Source of the DNA: Gekko japonicus
Taxonomy: Eukaryota
Assembly: GCF_001447785.1 (NCBI RefSeq)
Contig: NW_015177022.1
Location: 916,654 to 980,653 of the forward strand
DNA: 64,000 nt
Direction: 5' to 3'
Made by a program: the position numbers and the translations under genes
Shown here: in pieces, positions 49,404-62,350 of the stretch
Position numbering within the stretch: position 1 is the stretch's first letter
Layout of the letters: the number at the start of each line of letters is the position of its first letter
The notes under the pieces: model-generated
The model's database searches: none
What the model saw: the letters and a program-made list of their open reading frames with translations, nothing else
Told to the model about the DNA's origin: nothing

Positions 49404-51644
49404 TCAGGCTGTGTCATGCAACAACAAACCATGGTTCGCCATTATGTCCAAACCATGTCATTGTCTGTATGTGGCCTAAGTTGCAGGTGAAATTATATTA
49501 AATGTCAAGATATGCTTCAGTTTCAACAAGAGGGTTCCTGGTTCTCAATCCCCAACCATGCTTTTTTGAGGTTTAGGTCCCATTTCAGCTCCCACTGTGT
49601 TCTCTGAGTCACTCTGCCAACTGAACCATGATCATGTCACATATTTAGCTTTCATTCTTTACATTTTCAGTTTTTTTCTTGCAACATGAGGTCGTCCCAC
49701 ACACTCGACACATGCCCCCTTCCCCCATGGGTTAGGTAGCCTACTTTGGAAAATCTTGATATAAACCACACCACTGCCACAAACGACTGAAACCTTAAAA
49801 TATTACACAATCAAGTGAAAGAGTAGAATTGGGGGGGAGGGGGGGTTAAGAGTCTATTTGAAACAGGCTTGTTGCTTCAAGAGGGCATCTTAGCTTTTAT
49901 TGCTAAGAATTGGGGAAGGGAGAGGGGTGGCTACTCCCTCCCCCTTTTTAGTGGTATGTTAACCTTAAAAATATGTTCTGAAGTTAAAGGAACAAGCTGT
50001 CGTTTTAGACAGGTGGTTCTCGTAAAGAGTCGATCTTTTACAGCACAGTCTTGCAATGTCAGAGCTGGATGTCTCGATGGAGATAAAGCTATAACACAGG
50101 TGATTGTATGGACTCATCTGTTATTTCTCATAGACTTTCCAAATCTCCAATCCAAGGGCAGGATTTAGGAGGACCAAAGGATTAAGGGAGCTTTAAAAAA
50201 AATACTTGTATGCAAGATACAAGAGAACTAAACATGAATTTTACAAAGCTGCTTGACTTACAAACTTTGCACTTCGGGTATGGAGGAGAAATGATAAAAT
50301 TCAGATTTTGCAATCACACTTGTGTAATGGATCTTTGCTTTGCTGTATTTTTGGCACACCTGCACAAAAAGGCTCTGAACAAAATCCAAGTTCTAAGACA
50401 TTAGTATTACTATTGTATTGCTATTTTTATTGTTTTCCAGAAGAATGAAGTTTTGCTATCCAAGATGAATTCCATCAGCATGACTTAGGAATTTTTTTTT
50501 TTTAAAGGAAACCAATTGCCTTAGAATCAAATGCCTTTTTGACTTTTGAAATTATATTTGTAGGACCAAGCTGTGCAACCAGAATGGAACCTGTTGGTGA
50601 CTCAGACTACCTGGAGAGCTCTTTCACCCCTTCTTTACCAAACATGCCAAAACATAACAGATGTTAAATTTGTGCCAATATACTTTCCTTTTAATGAACG
50701 GGGAGCTTATTTTTAGTATAGGCAAATTTCTGCTTAAAAATAAATTCCCTTTCTCCACTATGACTATGAGTTTTGCAGAATACTTAGAGGAGGTAAGGGG
50801 TAACTTAGACGAAGGGCAGCCAGTCAACTACTTTAGCCTTGGGGTGGGATCCTCCCTGACCTACCACATGCAAATTGACAGGGTTGAGTCTGCCCCCTCT
50901 CCAATTTTGTCCCCACCTGTTGAAGCATTTGGGCCGCAGTCATGTTATAGGGAAGCAATTTTAGCATTAACTTGAAAATTGCTGGTATTAAATAATGGAG
51001 ATGATGCCCTGAAGCAGAGGAATAATGTATACCTCTTTCCTAAAGGGTTATATTTTATGGATCTGTTTTGAAAGATCATAACCTGCATTCAACCAGTCTC
51101 CAGTAAAATACTGATTTTCTCTAGCAGAATGTTGATTTTCGCCATGTTCCTCTTCTACCCTGAAGCCCCTTTCCAACCCCTGGAAAGACTGTGTCTGCAG
51201 TCCTGGGACTCATGTGGACAAACAACAGCATGTGTCAGGAGGCTGCAATAAGTCAGGGAAGGGGGTGAAATTACACCTCCACCCTTTTCCATTGCCGCAG
51301 TGCCTCCAACAGAAGAAAGGGAAGGGTCAATTTTACCCCTTTCCCCCTCTTCATCCCATGTTTATTTGTCCATATGATTCCTGCGACAAAAGGAATAATT
51401 TCCCCAAGGAGGTCAAAAAGGACTGTGGGGGACATAGGAGAAGAATACAAGGAAAATGCAATACAAGGCTGCCAGGATGTTTGAGTTGTTTAATGCAAGC
51501 CAATGTCACAGGATTGGTGGTTTAGGGGTCTATATGGTGCTGGGAATCATTATTATACCTACCATTTCAGAGTGTGGCATGTGGGGCAGAGGAAGAAAGG
51601 AGGAAAGAGAGATTTCTATGTATGTGGCCAATAGCTCAGCAAAT

Positions 51645-52815
51645 TTTTATTTATTTATTTATTTTTATTTTTGAATTTATACCCCGCCCTCCCCGAAGGC
51701 TCAGGGCGGCTCACAGGGGGCAAAAATGCCCAAGTTAAAACATTAAAACAGTACAGAATAATATAAAAAAATACAACAATACAATTTACTAAAATTTGCT
51801 TTACGGTGCTCTAAAATTATTTAACTATAAAAGTACAAGATGGAGTTCTAAAATTATTAACCAGCAACAGTAATAACAATAAATATAGCAGCAATAATAT
51901 ACGTCCATACAGCATTGACCTCTGCCAGGCACGTCTCGCACCCCCAGTAGTCCCCGCTCTGAGGGTGGTCAATTTGCGGGACTAGTGAGGGGGGTGTAGA
52001 TAGAATGATGGTAACACAATGGTGATGGCATAATGATGGTAGTGGCGGAGGCTCCTACTCAAAAGCCTGGCGGAAGAGCTCCGTTTGCAGGCCCTGCAGA
52101 ACTGCACCAAGTCCCGCAGGGCCCGGATCTCTTCTGGGAGCTCATTCCACCAGGTAGGAGCCGCCACCAAAAATGCCCTAGCCCTGGTAACTGCAAACTT
52201 TTTTTAAAAAATGCTTTATTTGCTCCCCTAAAGAGGGGAGATATTTCGCTTAAAACTAGAAATAAGGGAGGGTATACAGAGGGACAAAGAAAAGAAGTGA
52301 GTGGTGTTAGTATTATGTTAATTTATTAAACTTTTTAAAGTCAAATCAGAGCATCCATAGTTTCTTCCATCATCGAAGCTTCTTCTTTTCTTCTATTATT
52401 TTTAAACAAGGCAATTAGTATATTNNNNNNNNNNNNNNNNNNNNNNNNNNNNNNNNNNNNNNNNNNNNNNNNNNNNNNNNNNNNNNNNNNNNNNACTCCG
52501 CTGTTCCGGTGGCGTAGCTATCCCCTTCAATGAGGGGCAAGGCACAGCCGGGGCCGTTTGGGGTAGAGGGAGAGCCTCAATTCCCGACCTTCTGGTCGGC
52601 AAGAGGCTTCTCCCCAGAGCACCCCCTGGTTAGGAGCCCTCTCCTGAGGGCTCCGTAGGATCTCCGCTTGCGCGGGACCCCCCCCCAGGCTGTGCTTGGG
52701 CGATCCGAGTCCGGGAGTCAACCCGAGACCCGGTCGCCATGCGCGCCGCCGCGGCCGGAAGTCTGGTAACTGCAAACTTGATGTTTCTGGGGCCTGGAAT
52801 GTCCAGGAGATTTTG
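51645..52815 (-). mobile_element. L2 LINE 3' region, interrupted by an L1-type insertion
   Basis: Removing the insert and one TSD restores NLLDIPGPRNIKFAVTRARAFLVAAPTWWNELPEEIRAL; (ttta)n tail with tgtgagccgccctgagcc terminus. Confidence 0.85.
52201..52762 (-). mobile_element. L1-type retrotransposon, both ends present, middle in N-gap 52425-52494
   Basis: Perfect 17-bp TSD ctggtaactgcaaactt (52184-52200 and 52763-52779); minus-strand 5' end acttccggccgcggcggcgcgcatggcg (CpG-rich); 3' end aataaa plus A-run. Confidence 0.75.
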
Positions 52816-53830
52816 GTTCCCTGCCTGTTCTTGGATGTGTGTGTGTGTGTGTGTGCGCGCATATTTTAACAGTATGTATTGTGATTAAATTTTATGTCCT
52901 TTAATAATGATAGCAATGTTATTAATGCAGGTTATTAATGGTCACCCTGTCTTTTTGAAAATAGGCATTTGTTAACTTATTTGCTTCTGATCCCCATTCA
53001 AAGTGCTGGTTATTACTTTTAGAGCCTTCACAGCCTATGACTCTCATACTTATTGTACAAAATCTCCCGCTATGTTCCCATGCACCAGTCATACTTTGCA
53101 GACAGCCTTTTGTTGTGGTGGTTGTGCCCACTCTATGAACCGTCTGCTTTGTTGTGGGTTTTCCCTGTAGCTGGAGCAGTCCTTTGCCAGATTGGATGCA
53201 GGGGGCACCTTTACTCCCTTCATTCAGGAAGATGTATAAAACCATCTTATTCCAAGGGCATTTGGTGGAAGAAGAATTATTTTTGCAGAACTGGCTGTGC
53301 TATTTTGTACCTTGTATGTTGTTTCTATCTTGCGATTTGATTGTGTTTTATTTGTTTGCAAGTTATCACTTGACTTGAGTACAAGGAAATATGGTAAAAT
53401 ACAAGTGTTTTAAATAAATGAGTAAATGCAGAATTGTGATTTAATTTAACTATGTTGTCTGAGGTATGGTTAGTTAGGGCTGATATGATGCCTCCCACTG
53501 CGTAACCAGGAACTGAAAATATGGCCTGGTTTACTGTAGCTTTAGTTTTGCATAATGTATGAATGTGGACATCCTGGCTTAATCGTAGCTTTCATGACAC
53601 TTCAGACTAGGCTACCAGTTGGGACTCTGTAGGGAAGCTGGGGAGAAAGAATGAAGATGATGAAACCATCATTGCTGAAGTAAACCAGAACTTTGAATGA
53701 TCATCTGAAAGCTGAATCCTGGTTTCACAAATTAGCCATACTAGAAATAAACCATGGTTTTCTTTTATGTCTGAATTAACAATACTGTCTAATTAGTGAG
53801 CTGGTCAGGAATTTAGGTGCTTGTAAGCAA

Positions 53831-54185
53831 TATGGTTGCCAGCCCTTGGCTAGCAATCCTTGGGAGATAGAGGGACAGAGACTCATTTGAACAGTATCCC
53901 ATGATGCCACAGTGATGCCTCCCACTGCGTAGCTGGAAGAGAAGTCACCGCATTATGGGACACTCTAGCATTTCTCCAAAACTCTATTGTAAACCACAGA
54001 CTTTCAGGGGAATGCTACAGTGTCCAGAAACATGGTGACATCATTTCCGGTTATGCAGCCAAAATGACATCACAGCATTGTGGGATCCCCCCCCCCCATT
54101 TCTCCTACAAGTTAATTGGGTTTTGGTGGGGAACAGGGCTGCTGAGGTGGAAGTTTGCCTGCCAAAAGTAGGCAAATGGCATCAG
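53831..54185. mobile_element. Old hAT Blackjack-like element
   Basis: tatggttgcca start, tgacatcatttccgg motifs, central caaaactctattgt; relative at ~46440-46737. Confidence 0.55.
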
Positions 54186-56500
54186 TAATGATCACAAATG
54201 GTCAGGAGTTTGGAGAGACACACTTCACATTCTTTAAAAGGTAATAGCACATCTGGAGATTCCACGAGTTGTTTTGATGGTAATCACATGTCCCCTAATT
54301 CATTTTATATTTTGCCAATACTTTATATCTTGTCAACATTTTATATCTACGTATTGCATTTTTATTCAGCCCTTTATCCATGAAAGTCAGGAGAGCATAG
54401 GGTTGCCAACTGGGGGCTGGAGTTCTCCTGGAATTACAACTGATCTCCAGACAGCAGACATCCCCCAGATATACCATAGAATCTAGGAGAAATGGAAGTT
54501 CCTCCATGGGTCCCTGAGTCTCCAGCAGTTTCCCAAGCCAGAGGTCAGGCCAAAAGAAAGTGCTACCACAAGGTCCTCTATTGAGCTTTGTGGATGACTA
54601 GGAATATGAACCCTGCTCTCCTTATCCTAGTTCAGCTTTCCTAACTTCACCATTCTGACTTTTTCACTGTTGACGTTGCTTGTTTGGGCTGAGGTTTAAT
54701 AGATTCACTTGTATTGTGAACACATGTTGTATGGTTTTCATCATCCATTTATATGGTGTTTATATGTACAATGGATGTCTCTTATACGTATTGGGTTGTA
54801 TCTAGACTAAAGTTTCCATCTGTGTAAAGATTTGATTAAAGTTTCCATCTGTGTAAAGATTTCTGCTCCAAAGCACAATGTTCCTGCTTTCCCTCTCATG
54901 TGGCAGTGGAAAATGCCCACTGAAATCTTATTCCTGAAGGCCCCCTTTTGTCTAAGAACAGGATTGCAGGGTACACTTGGGGCCGCTGCGGGAGGTAGGA
55001 AAATGGCGCTCCATGAGTGGAAATCTTGCACTTGCAGAAATGTCTAGTCCGGATCCAAGCCATCATGCATAAGGCTGCTTTTCCAATGATGATGACAAAT
55101 GTACGAGGACACAGAAATGTATGAAAATCAGCAGTCAAGGGGGTCAGTGAAAGATGAGTTTTCAAGTCAAAACAGCATGGCCCAGAAAATCATCCCTAGC
55201 CTGCTTCATGAATGAATTCAAGGCACATGATTGATTTTGAAGGTGGTTGGCTCTAAACCTGAGAGTGGCAGCTGACTCTGAAACATTGTTTCAATTTTAC
55301 TTGCCACCTTGAAAATTTGATTCTGGCTTTTAGGTGTTAGAAATATTCTCCCTGCGCTTATTCTGGAGTGTATCTCCTAGGAGGTTGTTAGGGATACACA
55401 GCTTTGAATTTCAGATGGGAGGACAGAGACTCTGATGAGATTGCTCCTTCCCCTGTCCTTGGGGCTGTGTGGTGGGACAGATAAGGTTGCAGAAACATTC
55501 GGTGTGAATTAGCCTGGACCTGTTATTGATTTGTGTAGGAGTCTTGTCTTGTTTTACATTTTGGAGGGTGATTCTGAGCTCCACCTCCAGTGTCTGTAAC
55601 GTCTGGTAAAGTGAGAGGCAGAGATCGCTGACAATCAGGAAAAATGATCCCTCAACTTGCTTAAAAATCTCCTTGCTTAAAATGTAGGGATTCTTGACTC
55701 ATACAAGCTGGCGGAAGAGAAGTGATATAATTCTAGTCCTCTCCTCTCTGCAACACTTTCCCACATGGCTTTTTGTCCACATGGGCCCTAAAATCCCTGG
55801 CACAGCCTTTTGAGGTGCCAAAAGAGGTCCCCCTGTCTCTTCCATTAGAGGGAAAGCCAGCAGAATCTAACCTTATATGCATATATTTTTCCCATATGCA
55901 TATTTGAGGACTGTCACCTGCTCAACAAATCTTAGTCAATTTACCCTCTGAGTTTTAATTTATTAAATCTGCATATACTTACATATGATTAAACCTAATA
56001 ATTTTGGAAGGAAACAAAACATTATTTCTCTGTTTTAGATGTGTTTATATGTCTTACATTCAATGAAGTATCATTCATCCCTGGTTTAATGAAGTATGGC
56101 AACCATTGTGGATTTCCAAGCCATTGTAATCTTTGATCAGGGCTAGATCCAGGTTTGGGATGGGATGACCCCGGGGCAAGGCACTGTCTAGTGGTCTCTC
56201 AACAATCATGTGATCCTTTTGTGCACATGCACAATTCCTCTTAGCACACCATGGCCCTTTTGCTTTCCTTTCAACTTCGTCAGCATCAGGAAGTCTAAAA
56301 GGATAATAAAAGAATTGCACAACACTCCCTCCAGGCGTTTCCACCAGCATTAAATAGGAGGCTGCTGGATATCACCGGGATCTTTGGGTGATTTCCCATT
56401 TCTGGATGGAAGCAGATGGGCTAACCAGCTGTGGTTGGTGATGAGTGTTCTGCTGGGCGACGGACTTTGGCAACCATGCTGATTCTTGAAATCACCCATG

Positions 56501-57153
56501 TGGCCTGATTTGCTGGCACACAGCAAGCATATGGAGGTAGTATCTAGACATCAGAGCTGATCTGAGTGCAGTTCCTAGGTTCAGATACTGGCTAGATGAC
56601 ACTCATGGCTTCATATCCAAAGGGGAATTAAATATCAAGGTTTCTAGATACAGGCCAAGGTCAGAGACAAGGCGATCAATCCAGAATATGGGCAGCAAGG
56701 TCAGTAGTTAACAGACAAGTTGCTTCCACACAGCTACTCCATTTTCTGGTGTATTTAAGCCCTGCACTCCTAAACCATCTGTGTTGCACCACGCACCTGC
56801 TGGTTGCCTCAGTCCTGCTCCTGCAAGCACTCATCCTTGCTATTGGTGCTGGGCTGATGCTGGGCTAATGCTGTGCTGCTAGATGGGCACTGCACTTTCT
56901 GACTTGAAGGTCTCTCCTTATTTTCCTCCGACAGTGTTCCTGGGGCTCTGGTGATGGAGGGGGTGAATTGGCTGGCAACTGGCTCTCTGTGCTGGTTCCT
57001 GGCTGAGGATTGATGTCAGGCCCTTCAGGGACTGCCTCCTCTTGCAGGACCTCTGCCACAGACTGTAGGTTTGGGTCAGGTCTGCTGACTACCTCCTCCT
57101 CAGAGGAGTCCTCTTCATCTTCTTGCTCTGCTGGACTTGGCTGGTCTACAACA
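56501..57153 (-). mobile_element. Solo LTR, Gypsy-like (653 bp)
   Basis: TG...CA ends, perfect 5-bp TSD ccatg (56496-56500 and 57154-57158), minus-strand cttaaata TATA-like motif. Confidence 0.75.
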
Positions 57154-58551
57154 CCATGTACTTAACAGGCAAAACAACCACACTCCTCCATGGCAGTACT
57201 GTAATCATCACTATTCACTGAGAATCACTATTTCCTGGGAGTGAGCTCCATTGAATAAAGTAGGACTTAAGTCAAAGTAAATGTGCTTTGGATTGTTACT
57301 CAAGTGACCTTGAACTAATCACTCTGTTTTATCCTAACTTACCACACATTGTTGTTATAGGGATAAAATGGAGATGGGAGAAATGATGTATGTTGCCCCA
57401 AGCTTTTTGGAGGCAGGGCAGGGTGGAAACCTATAGACAGAAAGGTTATTTAAATGTTGTAATAGGCTGAAACAAGCAGGTATTATCTTATAGAGTTAGC
57501 ATGACCCTATGTTCAAATAACTGAGGGATCAGCAATAAGTATAGTGAATGATATACTTTTACACTGTTAGAGTAGCAGCCTTGTAGCACTTCCTAAATAC
57601 TTCTACAGATGGCACCCCCTTACCTCCTTGGAGAGCCCGTTCCATAGGGCACAGGATCCAGCTGATGCCAGATGGGCTAACCTAACCAAGGGGACAACTA
57701 GCAGGTTGCAACCAGAAAACCACAACTGGCACATGAGAAAGTAAAGATTTGAATAAGGAAGTACAGATTTGAATAAATTTGTTAGTTTTTTAAACAATTT
57801 GTCTGATGATTTGTTGGCATTTGGGGTAAGATGGAGAATGTGTAGTATACACTCAAAACAATAATACTTACTCAGTGGCTTGGAAGCCATATGTGGTTCT
57901 TTCATATGGCACTTGTGGGCCATCTGAGGACTGTTCCCCAATGTGGCACCTGCCCCAAGTTTCAGAAAAGTGAGCCTTGCCCAGTGGGGCTTGTGGTTGG
58001 CAGGTGGTTTCCATCTTGAAACAGCCCCCACCAGAAAAATGGCTCAACTGCAATCTTGCCTGATGTGCAGGCATCATGCCATGCATGGAAATGAATGTGG
58101 CTCTTTTGCTTAATGGTAATTTAAACTGTGGCCTTCCACAAGCCATGGAGTGAGTGCTACTGACTTAGACCACCAATTCTTCAGTTCATAGATTGGGGCC
58201 ATGTAGACAAAAACACACATGTCCAGAAAGGCTGTGGCACTGGAGATGGTCAGGGAAGCCATTGCTGCCTATCGGCCAGGACTATAATGCTGGATGTGGG
58301 CTCCCCCCACTGTGGTGCCAGAGCTGCAGACACATGAGACGTTAGGAGCTGCTGTCCTTCTCACTGCATGAACCTGGTATTTGGGGGAGCTGCTATGGGA
58401 GGTAGGCAGATGGCAGTGCTTCACCTGAGCATGCTTGCTGGCTGGCGAGTGGCCAGCCCACTGAATGAATTAGGGGAGGGAAGGATGGGATCCCCCACGC
58501 AAGTGTTGTGGGTCCCCACTTGTTCTCTCCTATCATCTGTACTTCCTTCAC

Positions 58552-58911
58552 TCATAAGAGAAGACAATGTTGGATCAGGCCAGTGGCATCCAGTCCAACA
58601 CCCTGTCACACAGTGGCCAAAAATACCAGGGGCCAAGACACTAGAAGCCCCCCCCCAAGCACCAAGAATACAGAGCATCACCTGCCCCAGCCTGTGAGTT
58701 CCTATCTATACCTTGTGGCTAATAGCCACTGATGGACCTCTACTCCATATGTTTATCCAATTCCCTCTTGAAGCCGTCCATGCTTGTAGCCACCGCCACC
58801 TCCTGTGGCAGTGAATTCCATTTGTTAAACACTCTTTGGGTGAAGAAGTACTTCCTTTTATCCATTCTAACCCGACTGCTCAGCAATTGCATTGAGTGCC
58901 CACGAGTTCTT
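58552..58911 (-). mobile_element. CR1 LINE 3' fragment
   Basis: Minus-strand RTRGHSMQL..RKYFFTQRVFNKWNSLPQEVA, then the same 3'UTR as 40500. Confidence 0.85.
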
Positions 58912-59010
58912 TAATCCAGCCCTGGGAAGTGCAAATAATGCTCACATTGCCTGCAAAGGACGAATGCCGCAGAAGGAGATACAGAAAACAGCAGGTGTGT
59001 CAACTGGCCC

Positions 59011-59223
59011 GTCCTGACCTGGATGGCCCAGCCTAGCACGATCTCGTCATATCTCGCAAGCTAAGCAGAGCTGGCCTCGGTCAGTATTTGGATGGGAGAC
59101 TACCAAGAAGTCCAGGGATCTACACAGAGGCAAGCAGTGGCAAACCACCACTGAATGTCTCTTCCTTTGAAAACCTTATGGGGTCACCATAAGTGGACTG
59201 TGATTTGACGGCAGTTTCCACCA
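59011..59223 (+). mobile_element. 5S rRNA-derived SINE
   Basis: cgatctcgtcatatctcgcaagctaagcag..ggtcagtatttggatgggagac (close to 5S rRNA) plus Sauria-like tail. Confidence 0.85.
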
Positions 59224-59821
59224 GCAGATTGGCCCATTCAGTAGCCACTGAGAACATGGCAAGCTATTGTCTGAGTAAACCTTTGCGTTGCAGCAAGAGA
59301 CAAAAAGCTTTTGGGGCATTGACTGAATTAACTATAATTTTTTACAAAGATTCCCTTTGGTTTGTGATGTTCCAGTAGGTCTCTGTCTTTTCTAAGATTT
59401 TTTCCTCACTGTGACCATGAGGGCTAGCCACTTGAAAAAAGAGATGGGGAATGGGGGAGGGGAAAGGATTCTCATGAAACTCAGTGCACAGAGAAGCAAA
59501 TGGGTGCAATCTTATGTCTGCTTGCATCAAAAGCATTCTTGTTCAAGATGAGTTGATCTCTTTTTTCAGGAGGCCGCACCCAGCCCATGAAATACAAAGT
59601 TTTTTTTTTTTTTTGCAATTTAGGTTGACTTTCTTTCTCACTCTCCCAATGTTTTGGATTTACACGGGGATCCGGGGAGGAAAGGAACAGTGTGCCTTTG
59701 AAATGTTGTTTGCCGAAGACAGTATATAGAGTCTCGGTTATTAACAACCTCTCACAAGACAGTTATTTTTGGAGTGGCCTCCGAGGAGGCAACCTCTTGG
59801 ATTCAAGCTCATTTATTCTGC

Positions 59822-59901
59822 GTTTCACTGTCCTGCCATTTCCTGCAGAGAGAGGGGAAAAGTGAAACCACATGTTTTGAGGAGCGAGTGTAGGAAACCC
59901 C
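59822..59901. promoter_or_regulatory. Candidate immune-responsive enhancer motif cluster
   Basis: GAAAAGTGAAACC (IRF-E, 59857-59869) overlapping AACCACA (RUNX), ATTTCCTG (ETS) and GGAAACCCC (kB-like) within 80 bp; motif evidence only. Confidence 0.3.
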
Positions 59902-60584
59902 ACCGAAGACAAATGACTGCTCCTCTCCCCTGGCAATTAGTCAAAGCTNNNNNNNNNNNNNNNNNNNNNNNNNNNNNNNNNNNNNNNNNNNNNNNNNNNN
60001 NNNNNNNNNNNNNNNNNNNNNNNNNNNNNNNNNNNNNNNNNNNNNNNNNNNNNNNNNNNNNNNNNNNNNNNNNNNNNNNNNNNNNNNNNNNNNNNNCCAA
60101 GTCCAGTCCCTTGAAATCTGCCTGTACAACCTGGGTGCAGAGCCACCGCGTGTGTGTCCGCGTGAGTGTGTGCAGAGGTTGGGGGGCACAGCACACGATG
60201 TGTTTCCAGCCCCCAAACCCAGGTTCCCAGATGTTCGAGCTGAATCCCCTTAGCAAAATTCATATTTTAATGAGCCTGAATTTGAAAAGTATTTGCACCT
60301 GCATCATCTAAAGTTTCTTGGCAGCACAGGGAACTGGGCTTCTGCCAGGATGCTTGCCTCATGCATACTGCTCCCTAAATCCTGGAACCTTGGAAGGCTT
60401 TCTTCACATATCTTCCACTGTCTCCTTAATCGGCCTTGGCCAACTGGCAGCTTGTAGACAGCAACATCTGGATCCTGCCCTGGTTTTGTGCAGCTCCCAG
60501 TCCTTCACATGCAAAGGAAGAGCTCGGCCTGGTGCTTTCCAGCTTTTGATTCCAAGTGTAATGCCCCTTGGAAAGGTTTGGGAT

Positions 60585-61474
60585 TAGGGTTGCCAGCTCT
60601 GGCTTGGATAGTCCTGGAGATTTGGGGGCAGAGCCTGAAGACAATGGAATTTTTCAGGGGGGAGGAACAAAGCTCTACGGGAATGTAATGTGATTCTAAA
60701 ACTCCTGTTTCTCTTAGACTCCGTAGTACGCCATAGAGACTGCCCTCCAAAGCTGCCATTTCCTCTACAGAAACTGATCTCTGTAGTCTGGAGATCAACT
60801 GTAACTCTGGGAGATCTCCAGGCCCCACCTTGTTGGTATAGGCAAGATAACAGCATGTCATGGAACATGACTTAGATCCAGATGATCTAAAGTGACAGCC
60901 AGGAGGTCACATGATGCCTATGGTTGCATCATATCTGCAGATGTTAGAATGACTAAGCAAATGTACAGCACTGTACTGTGATTGGTCAACATGTATATAT
61001 ATTGCAATGAGTTCTTGACCAAGTAGCCTGCCTTATGGTTGTGTTGTTAGCGAAGCACTTTGTCAGCGAGGATTCTGAACTTCTGCAAGCTGTGTGTATG
61101 TATATAAGCTCTGTAAATAAACTGTAAATACTCTACCACAACAACTCTGCTATCTTCNNNNNNNNNNNNNNNNNNNNNNNNNNNNNNNNNNNNNNNNNNN
61201 NNNNNNNNNATCTGCAGATGTCAGAATGACTAAGCAAATGTACAGCACTGTACTGTGATTGGTCAACATGTATATATATTGCAATGAGTTCTTGACCAAG
61301 TAGCCTGCCTTATGGTTGTGTTGTTAGCGAAGCACTTTGTCAGTGAGGATTCTGAACTGCTGCAAGCTGTGTGTATGTATATAAGCTCTGTAAATAATCT
61401 GTAAATACTCTACCACAACAACTCTGCTATCTTCCGGCTTCAAACACCGTCACACCTGGAGGCTGGTAACCCTA
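60585..61474. mobile_element. hAT Blackjack-like MITE interrupted by an LTR element
   Basis: tagggttgcca ... ccccacct | insert | cacctggaggctggtaacccta. Confidence 0.8.
60831..61452 (+). mobile_element. LTR element: two partial ~345-bp LTR copies flanking N-gap 61158-61209
   Basis: TG...CA ends, perfect 5-bp TSD cacct, attgg/tatata/aataaa signals; 60933-61157 aligns to 61210-61434 with 4 substitutions. Confidence 0.8.
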
Positions 61475-61816
61475 GCTGGTGGGTCAGGGTAGCACCTAAG
61501 GGAATCTAGCAGAGTGGGAAAAGATCCAGTGGCCAATGCCTATGTGCCCTGGTGTGTTAATGCAATACATTATTAACAAAACATGGCTCAAAGCAACCTT
61601 GAGGATGTGTCCTTCAGGCATCCATTTTGGCCACTTTTGTTCTTTCCTCTCCATACGGAGACCAGGACTACCTCCTTTCCGAGACAAACACGGGGTCAAG
61701 AAGCAGAGTTTCTGGCCATTTCCACAACAAAGGACAGAGAGAGTGGGACTGAGCCTGAACTTATCACACTTAGTGTGTAATAAGATTCTTTCGCTGACAA
61801 AATGTGGGCTCACCTT

Positions 61817-62048
61817 AGCATTTCCTACAAGCAGGTTATTAGTTCAGATCATTGGACTCCAAAATAGTGCTCATGTGCACCATAACACCCGCCAGTGGTT
61901 TCCCTAATGCCTTTTTTGCTTCTTCATCTAAGAGCATTTCCTACAAGCAGGTTATTAGTTCAGATCATTGGACTCCAAAATAGTGCTCATGTGCACCATA
62001 ACACCCGCCAGTGGTTTCCCTAATGCCTTTTTTGCTTCTTCATCTAAG
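61817..62048. repeat. Perfect tandem duplication, period 116 bp
   Basis: agcatttcctacaagcagg...cttcatctaag repeated identically. Confidence 0.95.
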
Positions 62049-62350
62049 CCAGGATGCCTTTGTGTCTGCAGGGAGTGCTCATTCTGAAACAGATGCCTCA
62101 ATCATAGGAATATGCTTGACATGCTACCTCTAGAGATTTACTGATTGCCTTCCTTGGCAGCCATTTTGAACCAGTGCTGTTCCCTGTTCTTAAAATTCTA
62201 AAAGTGTTCATGGGCTCAAGTTTGAAGAAGAAGAAGAATGTGCAATCAAGTCACAGTTGACTCATGATAACCTCATTCATGGGCTGTTCTGGGCAAGAGA
62301 GGAGCATACAGTTTTGGTTGGTTTGAATTTCCCATTGAAAATTTCCCACT

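Noticed and set aside
52495-52762. Host gene CpG-island promoter or start codon (cgccatg)
   Set aside because: It lies inside a 17-bp TSD within an L2 and is better explained as the 5'UTR of the inserted element.
56865-57059. Acidic/proline-rich ORF as a coding exon
   Set aside because: It lies entirely inside the TSD-bounded solo LTR 56501-57153.
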